A program made the translations under genes and the position numbers. The notes under the pieces are model-generated. The model searched no databases. It was given only the letters and a program-made list of their open reading frames with translations, and was not told the DNA's origin. Shown one piece after another: positions 26,201-33,690 of a stretch of DNA of 35,970 nt. Location: the NCBI GenBank assembly GCA_002862165.1, contig PKCL01000487.1, positions 1-35,970 on the forward strand. Reading direction: 5' to 3'. The DNA is from Planctomycetaceae bacterium. GTDB lineage: Bacteria > Planctomycetota > Planctomycetia > Pirellulales > UBA1268. Each line of letters starts with the position of its first letter. Positions within the stretch are counted from its first letter, which is position 1.

Positions 26201-28042
26201 AACCGCCCAGTGAAAGAAAAAGCTACGGGCATTCTCAAGGAAACACTGCGCGCAGAGCTTGCAGGACGAACGGGAATAGCGAAACAGGACATCCTCCTGC
26301 AACTTCAAATGCTTACCCTCAAAGATATCGACCATTCGCAATCAGGACAAAATCCATTGGAGCAAACCATCTCCCCAGAAAACTTTGTCCATGACGCATG
26401 GCCAATTGGAAAAGTAGATGTTACCCAAAGCCAAGAAGCTTCAGCAGCGGGGGATATTCTCAACAAGTCAACACACATCAATCTAGTCCATGCCCAGAAT
26501 TCTGGTTTCCCCGGCGCCACCCTCGAGCATACGGGCAGAAGCATCATTCTTCGTGATAAATTTGGCACACCAATTGGCGATGCTATCTCGATTGAGATTG
26601 AGGGAGCGAAGCATCCACATCTCACAAGCTATTTTCGCCTGCGATCAACTTCGGCGTTCCTCATTGATCGCATCCTGCTCCTTCAGAACAGCCACTCTCT
26701 TACCGCTTTTGAGGTTTGTGAGCCAACTGATGGCGAGCATCGTCTGCTCTGGGCGAAAATGAATGAAAGCCTCGTTCAACCCCGACAACCGCTGACAACC
26801 CGCACTCCGACGGGCACGATGGAACGACTCCTGCGACCTCTGGGTCCATTGCCACTGCAATCAAAAGTTGCGGTCGAATTGAGTAACCATCAAATCCAGA
26901 GAATACCTACGTTTCGTATCGGACGTCCGCATCAAACAGGCGTCCCGATCATCTCCGGAAAGTCTCTTGAGTTATGTGATATCCGAACTGGGAATGTCCT
27001 ATGGAGACGACGGAACATTCCTCCGCGAACAGAAATATTCGGTGATAATGAGGTGCTCTGCATAACCTCCCGCGACGGCAAAAACTCGCAGATTCTGTCG
27101 ATGACAGATGGCCACAAAATTGCGTCCCACGACCTTCCTGCCCGACAGAACAGACTTGCAGTCGCCGGAAAAAATCTTCTTGTCGTGCAGCCAACGAATT
27201 CTGATACGGATGAAATACTACAACTCGCCGTCGTTGACATCACTGACAAGAGCCAGCGTGCTATTTGCAAATGCCCAGCTACGACACGTGGCGTTATTAC
27301 CGAGAACAATATATTTATAGCGATAACAACGGACGGCCAGTTAACAGCCATCGATGTCGCAAATGGGCAAACAAAATTCGTAACAATGCTCGAAGAAATG
27401 CCCTCAGGGTTTCGGGAACTTCGATGCCTCCCTTGGCAAGATCGCTACATAGTATTTGCAAGCCGAAACACAACCATGGGTGATGAAAAACGCTTTCAGG
27501 GAATCGATGCGGTCGAGCGGTTTGGTGTCGGGTCAGGGCTTGAGAAAGCTGACTCCTCAACTGTCTGGTCACTGAGCAAACTTACGGGTGACATGATGTG
27601 GTCACGTCCGGCCTCTATCCAGCGACACATTATTCAAAGCCCCCAGCCAGCAGGCCTACCAACACTTATATTCGGCCGCCGGCTACGCATGGCAAATACG
27701 TCAGCAGGCCAGGGAAGGGGCCGCTATCGTTTAAGCATTCTATGCATTGACAAACGAAACGGGGCGATGCTTTACCTCGATGACAAGCTACAGCTCGAAT
27801 CGCCACAGACTGCAAACACAGCAGAACTGAAAATTACTGCCGATGCCGTGAGCTCGTCTGTCGAGATGAGGATTACAAGCCGACGACAAATGGGTGGAGA
27901 TATTCCCAAAATCACATTGCACTTTACCGGGTTTTCCACCGATGACACGGAGCCCTTCCGTGCCGAGCAGGAACCTCTTGTCTATACAGACGTTCTCAGT
28001 GAACTGAAATACTGGATTGAAAGAGCAATCATCGGCCAATAA
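23246..28042 (+). CDS. Giant (~1598 aa) membrane-anchored protein: N-terminal TM helix, helical region, PQQ/BamB-like beta-propeller, helical region, second beta-propeller
   Basis: First ATG at 23246 (the track start is a GTG). TM helix ISARVCCVVAFALCGLLVLGI. Recurrent propeller-blade signatures: GKRTWIEG, GKLRWQLP, GDTLWSQP, RTLRWAYRF, GEAIWQSP, GKIIWKQG. After a helical stretch come GNVLWRRR, GQTKFVTM and GDMMWSRP. No catalytic motif was recognised. Confidence 0.8.
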   Translation: MKDVDKIIVTSPKETKTAWHRPRISARVCCVVAFALCGLLVLGIRVPNITHSLRYAFFPLVRADDSAEAESSELVVSNGVYLPSERLRERQFDQARRLIAGGRMADATALLDEMLTAEQDVFLEGDSASEQTRRSMKTMVTELIGELPEAGSKAYQLQFRTRAARDLQKALNENNNEAIIAVARRWFHTEAGHRSAILTAARLLESGQPLAAEAWLERIAASPRTNLPDTLLPTFKLMQAATTIAIDPHDKTKAQQLLEDIKGSARLGGELLPERNLQRDQLLISKLIGATSGPDTDLTLASENWAMSRGRPNRNPIRPCDRPLLVPRFRVPLTLHPQEQRLLTQRSELLAEQGLPIFPAGTPLAVGNSLLVQSRAGVMAIDFESGKRTWIEGRLANSAIANNAPNEFEEQGTHPLDELFYDSTSSTLSSDGELVFVVEQDVLQISRERLRQPGRSRPIENSNRLVAYDIAQEGKLRWQLPRVNEQPKSRWFLGSPLPLGKELYVLVEERQQIRLDVLSSATGDTLWSQPLAEIDVEYDINNRNDRKQLGLSPAFAEGTLVCPTGAGAAIAVDLAARTLRWAYRFNVPKPDDVRRLANGIRLRMPGFAGVMAGMQIKATGEGNTSGGKWLDALPTISGNKVILTPAGSEFLHCVNIRTGEAIWQSPRTHFVNVAGIIDRMVIVLGQKEVAAVSLDDGKIIWKQGIGLNDEIICGRGILTNNRLYVPTNAPAVAEINLSTGKLVATSLGRGSAPLGNLVSYRGEVISQGLDFLDVYHQTANLERNIETALDQDSMDLWALHWRGELNLSKGNTSEGLNDIRRVHGPAGPKPSASTVSQAIEFALKNDFAGAAASWSEGAELAPSQQMAASIRRLAVDGFLEARKPEKAWDVCQDYLQLASLETLPENEDLIHDREDSSLWIGSSRWFQRKLKQILQSHEIAPKGSTTKTLRQKIDQEEKLALNKAARISDLEMRRVALETFIDRFGNRPVKEKATGILKETLRAELAGRTGIAKQDILLQLQMLTLKDIDHSQSGQNPLEQTISPENFVHDAWPIGKVDVTQSQEASAAGDILNKSTHINLVHAQNSGFPGATLEHTGRSIILRDKFGTPIGDAISIEIEGAKHPHLTSYFRLRSTSAFLIDRILLLQNSHSLTAFEVCEPTDGEHRLLWAKMNESLVQPRQPLTTRTPTGTMERLLRPLGPLPLQSKVAVELSNHQIQRIPTFRIGRPHQTGVPIISGKSLELCDIRTGNVLWRRRNIPPRTEIFGDNEVLCITSRDGKNSQILSMTDGHKIASHDLPARQNRLAVAGKNLLVVQPTNSDTDEILQLAVVDITDKSQRAICKCPATTRGVITENNIFIAITTDGQLTAIDVANGQTKFVTMLEEMPSGFRELRCLPWQDRYIVFASRNTTMGDEKRFQGIDAVERFGVGSGLEKADSSTVWSLSKLTGDMMWSRPASIQRHIIQSPQPAGLPTLIFGRRLRMANTSAGQGRGRYRLSILCIDKRNGAMLYLDDKLQLESPQTANTAELKITADAVSSSVEMRITSRRQMGGDIPKITLHFTGFSTDDTEPFRAEQEPLVYTDVLSELKYWIERAIIGQ

Positions 28043-28117
28043 ATTCTCTGGCATCAAAGCATCTGTGACGGTGTTGCCCACGCCCCTTTTCAATACGGTC
28101 GCGAGAAACTCAAAGAT

Positions 28118-29200
28118 ATGAATATGACTTTCCACAATATAAAATCCCGAGCTGAATACAAAACAATGTCATTGACAATGGCATCATTCTTTCTCATTGC
28201 CGTCGCGCAGTCATTGAGCTGGCACCTTGATACCACTCACGCAGCCTCGATCGATGTACAGGAGGCTGTCGAAGGTGGTCTCGACTGGCTCGCAGCAAAT
28301 CAGTCCAGACGTGGCAACTGGACGGCCAACGAAGGACGGTATCCGACTGCAATGACAGCACTTGCAGGAACAGCTCTGCTTCTTGAAGGTTCTACCCCAA
28401 CTCAAGGCAAACACGCTGATTCAATAGCACAAGCAGTTGATTACCTCGTCAGTCGATCCCGGCCGAATGGTCTCATCGGTGACCCAAAAACAGATGACCG
28501 CTACACGTACGGCCATGGATTTTCAATGCTCTTTTTGTCACAAGTTCTTGGTGAAGAAGAGGACCTTGCTCGAAGAAATGAAGTCATACAAGTGCTTGAA
28601 CGAGCCGTAGAATTCTCGGGCCGAGCACAAACAAAAGATGGAGGCTGGGGATACGTGAGTGCTAAGGACGGGAACGATTTCGACGAGGGATCGACAACAA
28701 TCACACAGGTACAGGGGCTCCGGGGTTGTCGGAATGCAGGCATTTCGGTGCCCCGCGAGACTATCGACCGAGCTATTGCCTACATCCATAAGTGCACCAT
28801 GCCAGACGGAGGGGTCCAATACAGTTCGAAAGGCGGTGGAGGGCGCCCAGCGATTTCGGCTGCGGCTATTGCATGCCTATTTAATGCTGGCGAGTATGAC
28901 GACACACATGTTCCTCGAATGCTGACCTATGCTGAGAAGCATCTTGGAAACATTGCAAACGCTGGATTTGGTCATTGGCATTATGCGCACTATTACTATT
29001 CGCAAGTCATGTATCGAGAAGGTGGCCAAAAGTGGTCTGACTATCGACGTCAAATCGAAAAGCGATTAGTCGCAGAAGCGACAAAAGATCGTGCGGGAGT
29101 ATTCTGGCAGCAGGGCTATATTGGACCTGTCTACACAACTTCTACAAACCTCACGATTCTCCAACTGAATGCCGGGATGCTCCCGATCTACCAGCGTTAG
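28118..29200 (+). CDS. Secreted prenyltransferase/squalene-oxidase-repeat (QW-repeat, alpha/alpha-toroid) protein
   Basis: Signal/anchor MSLTMASFFLIAVAQSLS. QW motifs (Q-x3-G-x-W) in NQSRRGNW and AQTKDGGWGY, plus related PDGGVQY. No DxDD or DDxxD motif was seen. The start is ATG 28118 or 28166. Confidence 0.75.
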   Translation: MNMTFHNIKSRAEYKTMSLTMASFFLIAVAQSLSWHLDTTHAASIDVQEAVEGGLDWLAANQSRRGNWTANEGRYPTAMTALAGTALLLEGSTPTQGKHADSIAQAVDYLVSRSRPNGLIGDPKTDDRYTYGHGFSMLFLSQVLGEEEDLARRNEVIQVLERAVEFSGRAQTKDGGWGYVSAKDGNDFDEGSTTITQVQGLRGCRNAGISVPRETIDRAIAYIHKCTMPDGGVQYSSKGGGGRPAISAAAIACLFNAGEYDDTHVPRMLTYAEKHLGNIANAGFGHWHYAHYYYSQVMYREGGQKWSDYRRQIEKRLVAEATKDRAGVFWQQGYIGPVYTTSTNLTILQLNAGMLPIYQR

Positions 29201-29346
29201 GGGGCCTTGGTGAGCATCTTGTACTACCGAGGCGTACATCATGAACAGGCAGTTGGTTCCATTGGCCGTTAGGGAGTATCATCTGAATGTTCGTTCGTTT
29301 TGATCTAACGCAATGTAAACCCTCGAAAATGTTTCTGGAGTCGTGA

Positions 29347-30393
29347 ATGCCGTCTGAACCTCAACTTCAACCAACTACCGACAGGCTGCACAATGCTCAC
29401 GAAAAGATTGTTAAACAGCTTTCCAAAGTCATTGTTGGCCAACAGCACGTCATTGATGAATTGCTTATTTGTCTTTTTTCTCAAGGCCACTGTTTACTTG
29501 AGGGTGTTCCTGGGCTTGCAAAAACCTTACTTATTAGCACGCTCGCAAAAACTCTTGATTTGGCTTTTAGTAGAATTCAGTTCACGCCCGACCTTATGCC
29601 AGCAGACATTATTGGCACAGAGGTTCTCGAGGAAGACCGAAGCAGTGGAAGTCGTAATTTACGTTTCCTCGAGGGACCTTTGTTCGCAAACGTGATTCTT
29701 GCTGATGAGATAAACAGGACTCCTCCAAAAACTCAATCTGCCTTGCTCGAAGCCATGCAAGAACGCCAGGTAAGCGTTGGCCGTACGCAACACAAACTCA
29801 CCGACCCCTTTTTCGTTCTTGCAACACAAAACCCTATTGAGCAGGAAGGCACATACCCACTGCCTGAAGCACAGCAGGATCGTTTTATGTTCAAAGTTTT
29901 TGTTGAGTACCCTTCATTTTCTGAAGAATTCGAGATCGCTCAACGAACAACAGGAACCAATTCTTCTGAAGTTGAACCCGTACTCACAGCAGAAGAAATT
30001 ATCGTACTCCAGAAAAGTGTTCGTGAAGTTCCCCTCAGTGATCATATTGCTCGCTATGCATTGGCGATTGTTCGACAAACACGTGTCGGCGCTGATGGTG
30101 TTCCCGATTTCGTTACTGATCAACTTGCCTGGGGTGCTGGTCCACGCGCTGTCCAAAACCTGATTCTTGGCTGCAAAGCCCGAGCACTCCTCCAAGGGAG
30201 ACCTCACGTAACTATCGAGGACGTTCAAGCCCTCGCCGCCCCAGTACTAAGACACCGAATTGTCGTCGGCTTTGCTGCAGAAAGTGAGGGCGTCTCGGCG
30301 GACTCCATTATTGAAAAGCTTATTGAGACAACCCCCGCCCACGAGGATGAATTGACGCGTGACCCCCGCTTCCAAACAATATTTGCCTCCTGA
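29347..30393 (+). CDS. MoxR-family AAA+ ATPase
   Basis: [33 protein letters not shown] (Walker A), [12 protein letters not shown] (Walker B), [28 protein letters not shown]. Confidence 0.95.
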   Translation: MPSEPQLQPTTDRLHNAHEKIVKQLSKVIVGQQHVIDELLICLFSQGHCLLEGVPGLAKTLLISTLAKTLDLAFSRIQFTPDLMPADIIGTEVLEEDRSSGSRNLRFLEGPLFANVILADEINRTPPKTQSALLEAMQERQVSVGRTQHKLTDPFFVLATQNPIEQEGTYPLPEAQQDRFMFKVFVEYPSFSEEFEIAQRTTGTNSSEVEPVLTAEEIIVLQKSVREVPLSDHIARYALAIVRQTRVGADGVPDFVTDQLAWGAGPRAVQNLILGCKARALLQGRPHVTIEDVQALAAPVLRHRIVVGFAAESEGVSADSIIEKLIETTPAHEDELTRDPRFQTIFAS

Positions 30394-31282
30394 GGTACTC
30401 GCTCGTATCGGACGGCTCGACTTACGAGCTCGAGCGGTTGTAGAAGGTGTTCTTACGGGCATGCATAAAAGCCCGTACAAGGGAAACTCGGTCGAGTTTC
30501 TGCAACATCGCGAATACACCCGTGGGGATGATCTGAGACGCGTTGATTGGAAAGTCTGGGGGCGGCAAGACAGGTTCTACGTCAAGGAATACGAGAATGA
30601 GACAAACCTTCGGCTGTTTCTTCTCGTTGATGGGTCGTCCAGCATGGACTATATCCCACCTCGGTTTGATCAATTACCGGGACTGACAAAGTACGACTAC
30701 GCTGCCACCCTTGCGACAAGTCTTGCATGGCTTGGGCTTTCCCAAGGGGATGCCGTCGGGGCTTCTATTTTTGACGAACAGGTTCGAACCAGTGTGCCGG
30801 CTCGCACGAATAGATCACACCTCAGCAGCCTCATCGCTGGACTGGAAAAACCACGCCAAAAACATTGTTCTGATTTTCATGCTGTCCTTCGCAACCTTGC
30901 AGAGAACCTGCCACGCCGAGGCCTCGTAATCATTTTTTCAGATTTATTTGGTGAAAGAGAAGCACTCTATAAGGGCCTCCAGGTTTTGAGACAAAGAGGA
31001 CATGATGTTGCGATATGTCACGTACTGGACGATGATGAACTAGATTTTCCTTTTGAAGGCCCCACACGATTTGAAGGGCTCGAACTGGGTGGTGAGATCA
31101 GCTGTAACCCTCGCGCTCTACGAGATGGTTACCTTCAAGCAATGGAGCAATTCCTTGGAGAGGTGCGTCACCGTTCTGCTGCTTCTCAATGTGACTATCA
31201 GCTTGTGAGAACAAGCCAGGCTGTTGACAAAACACTTGTCAACTTTTTATCCAGACGATCGAAGACACGTGGTCGATCGTAG
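30359..31282 (+). CDS. DUF58 family protein (vWA-like, MoxR partner)
   Basis: [46 protein letters not shown] is the DUF58 signature, followed by LLVDGSSSM. The GTG start at 30359 overlaps the moxR end by 35 nt; an alternative TTG lies at ~30380. Confidence 0.9.
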   Translation: MTPASKQYLPPEVLARIGRLDLRARAVVEGVLTGMHKSPYKGNSVEFLQHREYTRGDDLRRVDWKVWGRQDRFYVKEYENETNLRLFLLVDGSSSMDYIPPRFDQLPGLTKYDYAATLATSLAWLGLSQGDAVGASIFDEQVRTSVPARTNRSHLSSLIAGLEKPRQKHCSDFHAVLRNLAENLPRRGLVIIFSDLFGEREALYKGLQVLRQRGHDVAICHVLDDDELDFPFEGPTRFEGLELGGEISCNPRALRDGYLQAMEQFLGEVRHRSAASQCDYQLVRTSQAVDKTLVNFLSRRSKTRGRS

Positions 31283-31333
31283 ACCACATTGTATGTATAC
31301 CTCGAATTTCCACAGTGAGTAAAAGTCATAACG

Positions 31334-33655
31334 ATGCCTTCATTTGACTTCATAACGTTACTGTGGTGGGGGCTGCCGTTAGCTGCAGCACCTATCGTCA
31401 TACATCTTATAAACCTGCTTCGGCATCGGGTTGTCCGCTGGCCTGCTATGGAGTTTCTGCTTGCAAGCCAGCGAAAATATCGTACACGCATTCTCTTAAG
31501 GCAACTTCTGCTCTTATTGCTTCGAGTTTTAGCGATCGTGGGCCTTGTCCTGCTCTTCGCACAACCTCGCTGGGTGACAAATTTGGGCAGCATACTTGGC
31601 AGCAGCCGAACGCGGCACGTTGTGCTGCTTGACGACAGCTACTCAATGGGTGAAGTGCTCAGAACTGAAGTCTCACCTGACGTGCCTCCAACAACCGCCA
31701 TGACCCGTGGCTGCACGATGATCGAGCGACTCCTTGAAGAACTTGTATCGACACCAGGAGAACAGGACTTCTCGCTTGGACTTGTTTCGAAACTCAAACA
31801 AAAAAACAACAAGGCTTCGACGACCGACCAGGATTCGAGCAAGTCTCCCAACAAAGAAGCCGAAGGCAATCGGTTCGACATCTACACAGAAATCATCACA
31901 CCGCAAAACATTGACTCCTCTCGTATCAGCGTAAAAAAAATTCGACCCTCAGCCAGCACAACACAAATCACCCCCGCAATTCGTAATATCACACCACTCT
32001 TCTCAGGCGATGATGGATCTGGCGTCCTCTGGCTACTCACTGACCTGAGGAAAACTGACTGGGCAGCATCTGCTGATATCGCCGAGGCACTGAAACCCCT
32101 CGCAGACAAAGGTATTGAAATCCATATCGTCGATACGGCGACGGCTGATTCTGATGCAAACATACTGCCGAATCTGTCGAGATCAAACCTTGTGGTCGAA
32201 CGCATCGAAATGATTGGTGGCACTCCTGTTGCCAATGTTCTACTTCCGTGGGAAGTCACGATTCGTAATTACTCGACATCGCCCTCGCAGCAAGTATCAC
32301 TTGCTATTCAAGAAGACCTTCTCGATCGACCTGGCGTGCAAGTAGACCCGATTCCACCAGGTGATATTGCCACGATACGATTTGAATCTCGGTTTCAGAA
32401 TACTGGCGGACATACGGTTCAAGTTGAGTTACCAGCAGACCGGCTACTTCTCGATAACCAAAGAACAGCCACCGTGGAAGTAGTCGACGAAGCCGAAGTC
32501 CTTGTGATCACAACAACTACGAATCGAAACAGCCTCGACAATGATTCGTTTTATCTCACAACGGCACTCAATCCTGGTACCAGTGCAGCGACAGGATTGC
32601 GGCCGCGCATCGAACCGCCGAGAGCTCTTACGACACTGGACCTCGATACATTTGATTCTGTGTGGCTGCTAGACGTACCACGCCTCGATGCCACAGCAAT
32701 CAGGCCGCTCGAAGATTATGCACGGAATGGTGGTGGTGTCGTTTTCTTCGTCGGACCCAACACTGATTACAAAGCAATAAATAACTCCATGTTTCGGGCC
32801 GGAGAAGGACTTTTCCCGGTTCCCCTCGCTGGTGCTGTGGACCTCCTTAAAGACCAACAAAACCCAAACGCACCCGACATAACTGCCGAAGACCATCCCG
32901 TTGTTGCTATTCTGAGTGGCCGACGAAACCCTTTTCTCGATGCTGTGAATATCGATCGCTACATGGCAGTTGAACGCACGTACCAGCCCTCCGCTGACAG
33001 CGGCCTCCGTCGCCTTCTTTCCTTAAGGAATAAGAATTACCTTGCTGTTGAGAAGCCATTTGGCAAGGGCATGGGAGTTACATTCCTCTCCACAGCTGCA
33101 CCTACATGGAACAATTGGGCTCGTAATAATCCCAGTTGGGTAGTCGTCATACTGGAACTTGAAAGACACCTTGCTCGCTTACGGCGACAATACAAAACGA
33201 TACTTATCGGACAGCCAATTGAAATAGATCTCGAGCAAGGCATCGATAGAGTTGATATCGATTTTCTTTTACCCCCAGAAAATCGTATTGTGCATGAGGT
33301 TGCATCAATGAGTCAGGACGGCAATCTTGCAGCTGTCATGGACAACACGCTTGAGCCAGGAATATACAGGGCTCGCTGGCAAACTGCTGCAGGAGTACGC
33401 CAAGAATGGACTGGGGCTGTAAACATCAATCCCACCGAGGGCAATTTGGAGCGACTGCCAATTGCGGAACTGCCTGAATCCTTGCCCGGCATCTCGTTCT
33501 TATACGATCGGGCTGACAGTCTAAAGCCTACGAATGAAAATCGTGGTAGCTCATCTCTTGTGCGCCCCGTGCTTTTCACTTTACTGATTATTCTTCTCTG
33601 TGAACAACTCCTTAGCTACTCCGTGAGTTACCACAGAGCACATAAGAAAAATTAA
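31334..33655 (+). CDS. BatA_N-domain membrane protein with a vWA-like (MIDAS) region, GATase1-like region and C-terminal TM anchor
   Basis: N-terminal double-TM motif FITLLWWGLPLAAAPIVIHLINLL...WPAMEFL (aerotolerance regulator N-terminal type). MIDAS-like VVLLDDSYSM and later LWLLTDLRKTDW. ARNGGGVVFFVGPN, then a C-terminal helix VLFTLLIILLCEQLL. Confidence 0.8.
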   Translation: MPSFDFITLLWWGLPLAAAPIVIHLINLLRHRVVRWPAMEFLLASQRKYRTRILLRQLLLLLLRVLAIVGLVLLFAQPRWVTNLGSILGSSRTRHVVLLDDSYSMGEVLRTEVSPDVPPTTAMTRGCTMIERLLEELVSTPGEQDFSLGLVSKLKQKNNKASTTDQDSSKSPNKEAEGNRFDIYTEIITPQNIDSSRISVKKIRPSASTTQITPAIRNITPLFSGDDGSGVLWLLTDLRKTDWAASADIAEALKPLADKGIEIHIVDTATADSDANILPNLSRSNLVVERIEMIGGTPVANVLLPWEVTIRNYSTSPSQQVSLAIQEDLLDRPGVQVDPIPPGDIATIRFESRFQNTGGHTVQVELPADRLLLDNQRTATVEVVDEAEVLVITTTTNRNSLDNDSFYLTTALNPGTSAATGLRPRIEPPRALTTLDLDTFDSVWLLDVPRLDATAIRPLEDYARNGGGVVFFVGPNTDYKAINNSMFRAGEGLFPVPLAGAVDLLKDQQNPNAPDITAEDHPVVAILSGRRNPFLDAVNIDRYMAVERTYQPSADSGLRRLLSLRNKNYLAVEKPFGKGMGVTFLSTAAPTWNNWARNNPSWVVVILELERHLARLRRQYKTILIGQPIEIDLEQGIDRVDIDFLLPPENRIVHEVASMSQDGNLAAVMDNTLEPGIYRARWQTAAGVRQEWTGAVNINPTEGNLERLPIAELPESLPGISFLYDRADSLKPTNENRGSSSLVRPVLFTLLIILLCEQLLSYSVSYHRAHKKN

Positions 33656-33690
33656 ACAGAAAACCTGAACTCATAACCCTCTTCCAACCA

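Noticed and set aside
28118-29200. The QW-repeat protein as the missing cyclase or synthase of the carotenoid operon
   Set aside because: It is 12 kb away behind unrelated housekeeping genes. It has an export signal and lacks DxDD/DDxxD motifs, and C30 acyclic carotenoids need no cyclase.
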